A stretch of 16,674 nt of DNA from a virus (Duplodnaviria; Heunggongvirae; Uroviricota; Caudoviricetes): positions 1-16,674 of IMG/VR virus record IMGVR_UViG_2778261169_000001. One strand, given 5' to 3'. Under the pieces are notes generated by a model. The model was given only the letters and a program-made list of their open reading frames with translations. It did not search any database and was not told the origin of the DNA. A program made the translations under genes and the position numbers. Positions within the stretch are counted from its first letter, which is position 1; each line of letters begins with the position of its first letter. Of this stretch, positions 1 through 7,878 are shown piece after piece.

Positions 1-1029
1 GCCGTCAACGATATAACCACTGGTTTTCAGCTCGCGGAATTTGGCATTGATACCGGAAACGATGTCGCGAATGAGGGTCGGGGTAATGGGTTTATCCATC
101 GCCCACGCGTGCGCCTCCGCCATCGTGTCGGCCAGTACCTGCGCGGTGCGGGTGTAGTTCTCAAACAGGAAAAGCGGATCATCCGAGCAGGTACGGTTTC
201 CCCAAAACTTGAAACCATCATTGCGGATAAGCGTGGTGACACCGGCCTGATTCAGCAGGTTGGCGTCGGTCGCCGGTTCCTGCAAATCCCACGATACTGA
301 GGCACTGACGCCGGTCACACCGTTAACGCCAACGTTAGACAGGGTTTTATGCCAGCCGACCGTCTGGTCGATTTTGGCACGCAGGCCGAGCGCGCGCGCC
401 GTCGCCCAGGCTGTCGCAGTCGCGTTCGCCGTGGTGTCCCATGCCAGAAAATCAGGGAAGATGACCATCAGCTCACGCTGGCTGAAATTCTCGCGGTAGT
501 CGATGGCCTCGGAAATGGTTTTACAGCCCCATGCGCTGACATAGCCAAAGGCGCGCAGGCTCTGACAGGTGGACGCGAGTGCGGTCGCCACCTCCTGTGA
601 ATCCAGCCCCGGCACGCCGAGAATCCGTGGCTTAACGCCGGTGACGGTTTTCGCCGTCAGCAGGGCTTTCAGCCCGGTATATTTGCCGTTTTCGTCGGTG
701 GTGCCGATGATATTAGAAATGGTCTGTTTGTGCGCCGCCTCGGGGTTCTCCGGATCTTCAATACCTTCGGCCACACGCACGGCCACGATGACCGGCTTGC
801 ACTGGTCAGCGATAGCCTGCAGGGACGCCGACAGCGAGCCCTGTTTACCGGCCTTACCGATAGCGCTCTGCACGTTCGTAATGAGCACCGGCTCATTGAG
901 GAGAAATGTTTTTTCGTCAGCATCGCTGGCCGTGCAGACCATGCCGATGATGGCCGTCGAAACGGTGGAAATGGTGCGCACGCCATCGTTAATCTCGATG
1001 ACCTGCACGCCGTGATGATAGTCACTCAT
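1..1029 (-). CDS. FI: Tail sheath protein (P2 gpFI-like), N-terminal 343 codons; gene continues past the window start
   Basis: Minus-strand frame is open from ATG at 1029-1027 to position 1. Translation begins MSDYHHGVQVIEINDGVRT and the last codons read LADTMAEAHAWAMDKPITPTLIRDIVSGINAKFRELKTSGYIVDG, both matching my recollection of P2 FI. GGAG lies 7 nt upstream of the ATG. Not in the ORF track because it runs off the window. Confidence 0.85.
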   Translation of the reverse strand, partial: MSDYHHGVQVIEINDGVRTISTVSTAIIGMVCTASDADEKTFLLNEPVLITNVQSAIGKAGKQGSLSASLQAIADQCKPVIVAVRVAEGIEDPENPEAAHKQTISNIIGTTDENGKYTGLKALLTAKTVTGVKPRILGVPGLDSQEVATALASTCQSLRAFGYVSAWGCKTISEAIDYRENFSQRELMVIFPDFLAWDTTANATATAWATARALGLRAKIDQTVGWHKTLSNVGVNGVTGVSASVSWDLQEPATDANLLNQAGVTTLIRNDGFKFWGNRTCSDDPLFLFENYTRTAQVLADTMAEAHAWAMDKPITPTLIRDIVSGINAKFRELKTSGYIVDG

Positions 1030-1121
1030 CCGTTTAACTCCGTGGTTAAGGGGTGAGTGATATTTTCTGTTGTGTGGCGGGTGCGGGCTATTTGTCAGGG
1101 TTGGCTAAGGTCTGACACAAC

Positions 1122-1154
1122 GACGGGAAAGGAAAAGGCGGGCAACTGCCCGCC
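1122..1154 (-). terminator. Candidate rho-independent terminator downstream of G (end of the H-G transcription unit)
   Basis: GGCGGGC (1137-1143), loop AACT, GCCCGCC (1148-1154) form a 7-bp GC stem. On the minus strand it is followed by TTTTCCTTTCCC and sits about 10 nt after the G stop codon (1167-1165). Confidence 0.5.
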
Positions 1155-1164
1155 AGATGTCGGA

Positions 1165-1743
1165 TCAGACTGGCAGCGGCGGCCATTCAATATCCGGAGC
1201 ATCCTCCGGCTGGATGCGGCTCAGTAAAACACGGTATTTTTTCCATGCAATGAGGTGCGTTTTTTCATCGTCGGTTGCCATCTCCAGATCAACGGAGTCC
1301 TGTAATGTCGCAACCGCAGTATTGGCCTGTTTAAGAAGCCTGTTTTTGTTGTTTTTCGCAGCCTCTGTCAATGCATTACGTGCAGCATCAGCATCATCAA
1401 CCCATGTTTTACCATCCCATTTCTGCCACGGGTTTTCCGGCACAACCGGTGTTGTTCCTGCCGGATACTGACCCGGCTCGGTTATCTCCCTCTCATGACC
1501 TGTTTCGGTGTCATAGACAACCTCACCCCGGTGGTCTTCAGTGATAGCCCAGCAACCATTTTCAGTGTCATAAACCGGAATAAATCCGTCTCGGGTTTCC
1601 GGGGGCTTTTCACTGGTGCAGCAGGCGGGCAATCCGGTAAATGCCGGTATCAGGGCGTCACCTTTTCCAATAAATTCACAGGTGTCTGCACGAAAGTTAT
1701 ACACAGTGATAGTCCGGCTTTCTCCGGTCATTTTAAACGTCAT
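1165..1743 (-). CDS. G: Tail fibre assembly chaperone (P2 gpG-like)
   Basis: 192-aa ORF immediately downstream of the tail fibre gene; its ATG (1743-1741) overlaps the H stop codon (1745-1743). Position and size fit P2 G; the C-terminal half resembles Tfa-type chaperones. Confidence 0.8.
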   Translation of the reverse strand: MTFKMTGESRTITVYNFRADTCEFIGKGDALIPAFTGLPACCTSEKPPETRDGFIPVYDTENGCWAITEDHRGEVVYDTETGHEREITEPGQYPAGTTPVVPENPWQKWDGKTWVDDADAARNALTEAAKNNKNRLLKQANTAVATLQDSVDLEMATDDEKTHLIAWKKYRVLLSRIQPEDAPDIEWPPLPV

Positions 1744-3428
1744 TATGCGAGTCTCACGATATAGTTAAATGCGATGTTTTTGATGGTGTTTTCTGCATTA
1801 CCCGACGCGGCGATCGTAATGGTGTGACCGTGTGCGCCAATAGCAACGGAGTGCGAGTGTGCGCCAATCCCGACATTATGATTGTGGGCACCAATCGCCA
1901 CGGTATGCGCGTGATTACCTGCAGTTGATGTTGTTTTCGTTCCCGTCGCTATTTCGTTACCGTCGGCGGCCTGTCCCCCGGCCTGATCTCCCCGGTGTAC
2001 GGTAAAAGTGTGCGCATGGTTGCCGGTTGCATTAGTGGTTTTTGTCCCGTAGTCAAAGGTCGTGGTGGTTTTCGTTCCGTGGTCAAAAGCACTGGTGGTT
2101 TTCGTCCCTAAATCGGTGCTCGATGCGCTGGCACCGTGGGCGTGCGATTTAATGCCGTCCTGCTCCTGAGACAAAATAGCGCGCCCACTTGCGGGTTTAC
2201 CTTTGATTGTCCAGCCCCGCATATCAGGAATAACACCCGATGGGTACACCACAGCAAGCAGCGGATACGCGGCTTTATCAAAAGTTTGTCCCTGCATGAC
2301 GGCATAGCCAGCAGGAACACTGTCAGACGGCCACGCAACGGGAGCGCCTACCGGAAAAACATCATCAGGCGTCCACGGTGTCCATGCGCCTGTTGAATAC
2401 TGACTGCGCGAGTAGCTCCGGGAGCTGTTATAAACCCGGTATACCTGAGTCACTCCGGCATTTTTATAAATGACCAGCGTCCCGGCGTTATTTTCAGGGT
2501 AATGTCTGGCGGCTGAGGTATTAGAATTCGCTGGCTGAAAGTAAATACCCGGCGTTTTAAGGGTGTCTAAATCCTCCGTTACCAGCCCAATAGCCTGGTC
2601 GTCGAAAATATCCTGCGAGGTAACACTGGTGTCAGCATTCAGGGAGTGTCCGTTAATTTTGCGCGAGGAAGGAACGCGGCCATCAGCATTATCATTCGCC
2701 GCTTTCACCGCTTTTGGCGTTGCGGCGAGCGTCTCAGACACGCTGTCGATGGCGCTACTGAGCTGAACAATCCCTTTCTGCGCCGTGGTCGCATCCTGAG
2801 CCGAGTATTTACCTTTCGCAAGGTCATACGCCGCCTTAACCGCTTTCGGTGTCGCGGCGAGCGCCTCAGACGTGCTGTCGGTCGCACTGCTTAACTGCGT
2901 GAACCCTTTTTCTTTCAGCGTGGCGTCAGGATGGCGGCGGGACTGCTCATGCTCTGCGAGTTTGTCGTCGACATAATCCTGCGTCGCCATCACCAGCGTG
3001 GTATCGATGGACAACTCGACCGTGTCGATATCACTCACCATGATCACCATACGCAGCGTCTGCGCACGACCTGATCCTTCCGCCAGCTCGGGTTTGTAGC
3101 TTTCGGCCATATTGCCGACCGCAATCAGCGTGCCGGTGTCATCGTAAAGCCCCATTTCACGCAGCCAGAAACCGCCGGTCTCCGGGGGGATCACCAGCTC
3201 CGCCACGACATAATTTTTATGTTTTTTGTCCTGGCTGATTTTGTTCAGGACATGACGCCAGACCTCATTGACGAGTTTTGTCTGGCTGGCGTCCGGTTCG
3301 GGCAGTTTTCCGCCGCCGTCCCCGACGGCCATCACAGCAAAATTGACTTTCTTCCCGTTCGGGAGCGTCGCCGCCGCCAGTTTTTCCGCACCGGCTCGGG
3401 TGATAACGGTTTTATATTTCACTGTCAT
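1743..3428 (-). CDS. H: Tail fibre protein (P2 gpH-like N-terminus, divergent repeat-rich C-terminus)
   Basis: 561-aa ORF. N-terminal ~200 aa ([27 protein letters not shown]..., [25 protein letters not shown]) and the duplicated LSSA[15 protein letters not shown] module match P2 H as I recall it. The C-terminus has a tail-collar-like segment ([38 protein letters not shown]...DMRGW) followed by GTKTT and GAH-x-H-x repeats. Confidence 0.9.
   Translation of the reverse strand: MTVKYKTVITRAGAEKLAAATLPNGKKVNFAVMAVGDGGGKLPEPDASQTKLVNEVWRHVLNKISQDKKHKNYVVAELVIPPETGGFWLREMGLYDDTGTLIAVGNMAESYKPELAEGSGRAQTLRMVIMVSDIDTVELSIDTTLVMATQDYVDDKLAEHEQSRRHPDATLKEKGFTQLSSATDSTSEALAATPKAVKAAYDLAKGKYSAQDATTAQKGIVQLSSAIDSVSETLAATPKAVKAANDNADGRVPSSRKINGHSLNADTSVTSQDIFDDQAIGLVTEDLDTLKTPGIYFQPANSNTSAARHYPENNAGTLVIYKNAGVTQVYRVYNSSRSYSRSQYSTGAWTPWTPDDVFPVGAPVAWPSDSVPAGYAVMQGQTFDKAAYPLLAVVYPSGVIPDMRGWTIKGKPASGRAILSQEQDGIKSHAHGASASSTDLGTKTTSAFDHGTKTTTTFDYGTKTTNATGNHAHTFTVHRGDQAGGQAADGNEIATGTKTTSTAGNHAHTVAIGAHNHNVGIGAHSHSVAIGAHGHTITIAASGNAENTIKNIAFNYIVRLA
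1826..1912 (-). repeat. Three imperfect tandem 27-bp repeats encoding (V/A)-(A/G)-IGAH-x-H-x units at the tail fibre C-terminus
   Basis: Plus-strand units gtgtgcgccaatagcaacggagtgcga / gtgtgcgccaatcccgacattatgatt / gtgggcaccaatcgccacggtatgcgc, translating on the minus strand to AIGAHNHNV / GIGAHSHSV / AIGAHGHTI. Coordinates approximate. Confidence 0.7.
2700..2915 (-). repeat. Two ~75-bp direct repeats (about 80% identical by eye, ~135-140 bp apart) inside the tail fibre gene
   Basis: caccgcttttggcgttgcggcgagcgtctcagacacgctgtcgatggcgctactgagctgaacaatccctttctg (from ~2706) versus aaccgctttcggtgtcgcggcgagcgcctcagacgtgctgtcggtcgcactgcttaactgcgtgaaccctttttc (from ~2838). They encode the duplicated [26 protein letters not shown] / [26 protein letters not shown] modules. 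Confidence 0.8.
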
Positions 3429-3439
3429 TGTGTTCTCAC

Positions 3440-3970
3440 TTATCCGGGGTAAACCGTGATGATGTCGCCGTCCCAGGTCAGGGCTCCGGTGAAGAGATAA
3501 CCCGGTATGTCCTGGATAATATTCAGGCCAATAAGATGGCGGCTGGCTGGCTTTGCATCGGCAATCAGCCTTTCCATTTCGTAATACATTTCCTCGGTGA
3601 TACCGGTCTCCAGCACGCCGATATCAAGGCGAAACGTGCCCGGGGGGTCGTTCGTCTCCCACCACTCCGTCACGTTAATCAGATACCCGAGCGGCTCGAC
3701 CACACGACGCACCGCACCTATCGTCCCTTTATGCGCATGGATAAACCACGTGCTGCGGATAACCTCGCGTTTGGTTTCTTCCGGCCAGCTCTCATCCCAG
3801 CGATCAACCGAAAACGCCCAGGCCAGCCACGGCAGCAGATTCGCGGGGCAGTTGTCAGGGTTCCATAGACGACGCAGCGGGACGGGCGTATTTTCGATAT
3901 CCGCGCAGGCGCGCGCCGCCGCCACCTCAAGCGGCGACGAGCCCACCGGCAGCAGACGGGTATCACTCAT
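3440..3970 (-). CDS. I: Baseplate protein (P2 gpI-like)
   Basis: 176-aa ORF, same length as P2 I, in the conserved V-W-J-I-H order; its start overlaps the J 3' end by 8 nt. Confidence 0.85.
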   Translation of the reverse strand: MSDTRLLPVGSSPLEVAAARACADIENTPVPLRRLWNPDNCPANLLPWLAWAFSVDRWDESWPEETKREVIRSTWFIHAHKGTIGAVRRVVEPLGYLINVTEWWETNDPPGTFRLDIGVLETGITEEMYYEMERLIADAKPASRHLIGLNIIQDIPGYLFTGALTWDGDIITVYPG

Positions 3971-4871
3971 CGTTGCCCCCGATGTTTACGCTGTAAGCAG
4001 TGCAATATGACGCCTGTGTCTCATTGAGTACGATGTCAGCGACCGGCGCGACAAGTTCGACACGCTGCACCCCCTCGACGTAAAGCGCGGCATAGATGGC
4101 AGACTTGCGGATATCGCGCCCGAGCCGGTGCTGCGCGTTGATATAAGCCTGCAGCTTCGCTTTTGCCGCACTGAGCACCGGCTCGCTTTCGGGGCCGGGA
4201 TAAAGATAAAGCGCGGCATCGATGGTGTAGTCGACAATGACCGCCGACTGCACGGTCACGCGGTCAGCAACCGGCCTCACATCCTCATCGTTGAGAGCAT
4301 TACGCACCACGGCGAGCAGTTCCCCGGATGCCGCGCCGTTATTCTCCCGGGACAGTACCGACACGGTCACGCAGGCAGGCTGCGGGCTGATAACAGAAAT
4401 ATCGGCGACCCGCCCGTCAGCACTGCGGCCATGAAACTGATACGCACCGGTCGACCCGGCCACGCTCATTCCCTCAAAAGCCTGTTGAATTCGCAGACGG
4501 TAATCGGTGTCCGATTCCATGACGGCAGGCGTTGGCGGCAGCGTGGTCTCATCAGCAGGCGTAATAACGAGACGCTCAACATTGTAATTTGCGCCGAGGT
4601 TATCAAGGTCATGACCGGCAGCGTAAGCCAGCATCACCGCCCGTGCCGACTCATTCACCCGCTGACGCCAGATAATCTCCCGATAAGCATTTTCCTGCAA
4701 CAGCTTCACAATCGGCTCAGATTCAAGCGTCAGCGTACGCGCTACCGCGTCCTGTTGCTCTTCGGGATAGAGTGAGACGAGCGTCACCTTTCGCTCTGTC
4801 AGGATGGTTTCATAATCCAACTCTTCCACAACATCAGGTGCGGCGAGCTGGCTCAGGTCAACAATAGCCAT
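3963..4871 (-). CDS. J: Baseplate assembly protein J (P2 gpJ-like)
   Basis: 302-aa ORF, same size as P2 J; begins MAIVDLSQL and sits between W and I as in P2. Confidence 0.88.
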   Translation of the reverse strand: MAIVDLSQLAAPDVVEELDYETILTERKVTLVSLYPEEQQDAVARTLTLESEPIVKLLQENAYREIIWRQRVNESARAVMLAYAAGHDLDNLGANYNVERLVITPADETTLPPTPAVMESDTDYRLRIQQAFEGMSVAGSTGAYQFHGRSADGRVADISVISPQPACVTVSVLSRENNGAASGELLAVVRNALNDEDVRPVADRVTVQSAVIVDYTIDAALYLYPGPESEPVLSAAKAKLQAYINAQHRLGRDIRKSAIYAALYVEGVQRVELVAPVADIVLNETQASYCTAYSVNIGGNDE

Positions 4872-4876
4872 AACGT

Positions 4877-5227
4877 TTAACTCAGTGGAAGGGTGATAGA
4901 AAAAGGCTGGCCTGATGCCGAACGCGTGCCGGTCATATCGACGTACATCGCGCCGTCATCCTCTCCGCGTTCAACGGTGATGGTCGACAAACTGACGCGC
5001 GGTTCCCACCTCTGGATCGCGGAGTAGCACGCGGCCATAATCTGCAGACGCAGCGCCGGGGTCTGCGGCTGGTCAATCAGTGCAGACAACAGCGAGCCAT
5101 ATTCGCGGCGCATGACGCGCGAGCCCACTGGCGTGACCAGAATGTCGCGCACGCTTTGCCTGATGTGCTCAACTTCAGAAATACTGAGGCCGGTCTGGCT
5201 GTTCATTCCCAGATAACGCACCGTCAT
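4877..5227 (-). CDS. W: Baseplate protein W (P2 gpW-like, GPW/gp25 family)
   Basis: Start trimmed from the 171-aa track ORF to the internal ATG at 5227-5225 (MTVRYLGMNSQTGLSISEVEHIRQSVRDIL...), giving ~116 aa as for P2 W. This ATG overlaps the V stop codon (ATGA). Confidence 0.8.
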   Translation of the reverse strand: MTVRYLGMNSQTGLSISEVEHIRQSVRDILVTPVGSRVMRREYGSLLSALIDQPQTPALRLQIMAACYSAIQRWEPRVSLSTITVERGEDDGAMYVDMTGTRSASGQPFSITLPLS

Positions 5228-5865
5228 TTGACCCCCTTCGTCCAGTTTCCGCCCGGCTCCACGCCACCATGATCGTGGGCATCGACCTGCACGCCGTTTG
5301 AGGTAAATTTCCCTTCGGTGTGCTCGATGTTCCCCGACATCGTCCCGCCTTTTTTCACCTCGAGCGTGCCGGTGATGAGCTTGTTGGTACACACCACCTC
5401 GGGAGTATCGAGGGTAATGCGGGTTTCGGCTTTCACTAGCACCACCGGCACGATGGCGGTAATGGACTCCGACGCGGTAACGTCGGCGGTTTTAATACCG
5501 GATACGGTGAGCGCCCCGTTTTCGGGTTCGTACTCGATAACCGCCCCGTCAGGAAAAGTGACGTGAAACGCATCGGACGAGGCCGACGGCGCAGGATGGT
5601 CATCAGAGAAAATGCCGGGCAGCACAAAGGCTGTGTCCAGCTCGCCACCAATGGCAAGAATGAGCACCTGCTCGCCAACAGAAGGAGCCCACCACACCCG
5701 CGAGCGGCCGGCGCGGCAGGTCAGCCAGTTAAGCCAGGTGGTTTGCATCCCGCCGGTCTGTACACGACAAAGCCCCTCGACGGGGTCGACGTCGGTCACA
5801 ATGCCGGTGCGGATAAGGTTGCGGATCGCCCGAGCGATTTCCTGTAAAGAATTTAAATTATTCAT
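5224..5865 (-). CDS. V: Baseplate spike/assembly protein V (P2 gpV-like)
   Basis: Start set at ATG 5865-5863 (MNNLNSLQEIARAIRNLIRTGIVTDVD...), which aligns with the P2 V N-terminus and gives ~213 aa (P2 V is 211). The longer track ORF from 5964 would add 33 residues drawn from the AT-rich island. Confidence 0.85.
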   Translation of the reverse strand: MNNLNSLQEIARAIRNLIRTGIVTDVDPVEGLCRVQTGGMQTTWLNWLTCRAGRSRVWWAPSVGEQVLILAIGGELDTAFVLPGIFSDDHPAPSASSDAFHVTFPDGAVIEYEPENGALTVSGIKTADVTASESITAIVPVVLVKAETRITLDTPEVVCTNKLITGTLEVKKGGTMSGNIEHTEGKFTSNGVQVDAHDHGGVEPGGNWTKGVK

Positions 5866-6128
5866 GTGGAAAGGATGCCGACTGGAAAGGCTAGTGGCAA
5901 TCAAGTGGAGTTTTATGGGAGATGAAACAACAATTATCAGCTTTAAAATATCAGTATAATTCATCCCATTAGATTAATGAGAGCCACATAAAGGATTTAT
6001 CAAATAGCAAAACTTAGAAATGAAATAAATCTCATAGACATTTCATCATGATATAAAATTATTTTCCGAACCCTTACCAAAGCAGATATGGGGCTAAATT
6101 ATCAAACAGCCCCACGAATATTAAAACA

Positions 6129-6707
6129 TTATTTTCCACAAACCATATTATCTATCGCAGCCATATAGGATACAAACAGATCTACATAACCACTTACGTC
6201 AGTGAGACTAATATCATTTGCATTGTCGTTATGATGAATAATGTTATTTCTCTTTACAACCACTGCATTCACAACATCCTTATTCGCATTAAATTCCGCC
6301 GAATTCAAAAGATTAACACCCAAATAAGAAAATGCCTTAATCGTCTTGTAAGGATTACCAGACAGGCTATCCGACACCTCACTTTTCTCAACCTTTAAAT
6401 CAGCATCTATATATTTCAACTCCTTATCTTTAACATCTTTTTTGACTCGCCAAAGCAAAAAATTGTGTGGCAAGCAGGCTGCTTTGAGCCTGCGATTGAT
6501 GGTATCGCAGTGCCATGTTGCAACCTCAGTCAAATACGACTCTAAATAAGTGCAGAGTGTAATAAGATACGATTTAACAAAAAAATTAATGTTCTTATTG
6601 AAGAATTCATTTTCCTCAAGGATAGCCTGTTGCTCCGTCTCCTTAATAATTTCTTTTAAGGATAAAAATAATGAACGATATCCATCATAGTATTCAGTAT
6701 TTTCCAT
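6129..6707 (-). CDS. Hypothetical protein with C-terminal R-x4-H motif (possible HEPN-type RNase), second gene of the island pair
   Basis: 192 aa from ATG 6707-6705 (the track starts 3 nt upstream at a TTG). AAGGAAG lies 6 nt upstream; the start overlaps the upstream gene's 3' end by 14 nt. Motif VVKRNNIIHHND at residues 151-162 is encoded at ~6231-6251. AT-rich codon usage. Confidence 0.6.
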   Translation of the reverse strand: MENTEYYDGYRSLFLSLKEIIKETEQQAILEENEFFNKNINFFVKSYLITLCTYLESYLTEVATWHCDTINRRLKAACLPHNFLLWRVKKDVKDKELKYIDADLKVEKSEVSDSLSGNPYKTIKAFSYLGVNLLNSAEFNANKDVVNAVVVKRNNIIHHNDNANDISLTDVSGYVDLFVSYMAAIDNMVCGK

Positions 6708-7743
6708 CAATAACTTCCTTAAGAAGTGCCACCCAACTAGCCCTACGCTTCATCACCGAACTCTTATTCTGTAGCCCACCTGATAAAGTTTTTTTGAACT
6801 CAGCACTTGAACAAAGAGTAAACCAAGCATTCCGTATTTGTTCGGACTTTTCATTTACAATATCATCATTTAACTTGCCAATTGTAGGCATTAAAATGTC
6901 ATAATGAACTAACCCTTTACGTTTTCTCCTAACTGTAGGGTTTGTAAATACATCTTCACCAAATATTTTTTCACACTTAGATAATGATGTTTTGAATCTC
7001 TCCCTCATAATATTCAGTTCATCATCTTTTAAGTCTGAAAATTTTTCCATATGATCATCCAAGAATTCTTTCAAGGAGCTATCAAAGTAATCAAAAAAGT
7101 TATCTTCATAAAATGCAAAAAAACGCAAAACTTGTTCGTCTGGCTCACGACTATCTCTTTTTACTGTAGTTGTTTCCGCCAAACCAAAATTTTTAATGGC
7201 ATCAATATTACCTAACTCTTCTAATAATTCATCAAACCCTCCCGGATATAACGCATGTCTTATTTCTTGATCAGAAAGTTTAACTGCCCCCTGATTGAGT
7301 CTAGAAAATATCTCTCTTATTAATTTTTTGGGATTTTCTTTTCTTAGAACAATGCATCTTATTGTTGTCGACTCTAACTCTGAACGTAGAGATCCTAATT
7401 CAGAAAACTTTTTCCCTTCAAGCTCTTTAAATGTAGTCATTCCCTCCAAAGCGAACTCGTCATCAAAAAATTTCTGTATTGTGGTTAATCGCTGAACACC
7501 ATCAATTACAATATGATTGCCGCTATCATCTTCTGCAAAGTAACAAGATGGAAGAGGAATACGCATTAAACAAGATTCAATGAATTTTGAAGATCGCAGC
7601 CATCCGTCCTGATCCCATTTGTACTTTCTTTGAAAGTCTGGATTCAGTTTTAGTTTGATGGGATTGGACTTCATCCTAGAACATAAAGTCTCAAATGGAT
7701 AATCTATGGGGAATAAATTCAATGTTTTATCATCGTTAGACAT
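6694..7743 (-). CDS. DUF262 (ParB-like/GmrSD N-terminal domain) protein, no recognisable nuclease domain
   Basis: 349 aa; ATG 7743-7741 with AAGGA 7 nt upstream. DUF262 hallmarks: NPDFQRKYKW (aa 35-44), IVIDGVQRLTT (DGQQR-type motif, aa 78-88, DNA ~7489-7503) and IFSRLNQGAVKLSDQEIRHALY (F-x-R-x-N...G...L...E, aa 145-166). The C-terminal ~170 aa is helical with no HNH/DUF1524-like His-Me motif that I can see. Confidence 0.75.
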   Translation of the reverse strand: MSNDDKTLNLFPIDYPFETLCSRMKSNPIKLKLNPDFQRKYKWDQDGWLRSSKFIESCLMRIPLPSCYFAEDDSGNHIVIDGVQRLTTIQKFFDDEFALEGMTTFKELEGKKFSELGSLRSELESTTIRCIVLRKENPKKLIREIFSRLNQGAVKLSDQEIRHALYPGGFDELLEELGNIDAIKNFGLAETTTVKRDSREPDEQVLRFFAFYEDNFFDYFDSSLKEFLDDHMEKFSDLKDDELNIMRERFKTSLSKCEKIFGEDVFTNPTVRRKRKGLVHYDILMPTIGKLNDDIVNEKSEQIRNAWFTLCSSAEFKKTLSGGLQNKSSVMKRRASWVALLKEVIDGKY

Positions 7744-7800
7744 GCTTCAATCCTTGTAAGTAAAAGCTTAAAAAATCAACGAGGTAGCAGACAACAACAA

Positions 7801-7829
7801 TATTTACCATTTTTTATGATTAAGGTCAA
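7801..7829 (-). promoter_or_regulatory. Candidate sigma70 promoter for the island genes
   Basis: On the minus strand: TTGACC (7829-7824), 17-nt spacer, TGgTAAATA extended -10 (7809-7801). Lies in the 135-bp S-to-island intergenic region, about 55 nt upstream of the DUF262 ATG. Confidence 0.3.
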
Positions 7830-7878
7830 AAGGTCGGTAAGCTAGGATTCGTCTTATGAGACTTGCAACCGTAAATAG

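Larger units (their letters stand above)
5866..7878. other. AT-rich island (cargo/moron) between S and V, at the position of orf30 in P2
   Basis: Base composition changes abruptly at both edges, from GC-rich phage genes to runs of A/T. It holds two co-oriented coupled genes (6129-6707 and 6694-7743) plus a 263-bp non-coding spacer (5866-6128). Confidence 0.8.

Noticed and set aside
4128-4775. 215-aa plus-strand ORF antisense to baseplate gene J
   Set aside because: It lies entirely inside a well-supported minus-strand gene; the translation is Arg-rich and low-complexity, as expected for a spurious reverse-frame ORF in GC-rich DNA.
5955-5960. Perfect TATAAT hexamer on the plus strand within the island spacer
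   Set aside because: No acceptable -35 or extended -10 at the right spacing; a chance occurrence is likely in AT-rich DNA.
5224-5964. Longer 246-aa version of V starting at the ATG at 5964
   Set aside because: The extra 33 codons are AT-rich island sequence with no RBS, whereas the ATG at 5865 aligns with the P2 V N-terminus and the expected length.
6671-6904. 77-aa plus-strand ORF across the junction of the two island genes (and a 66-aa ORF at 7295-7495)
   Set aside because: Antisense to the coupled island genes; AT-rich DNA generates such frames by chance and no RBS or promoter is evident.
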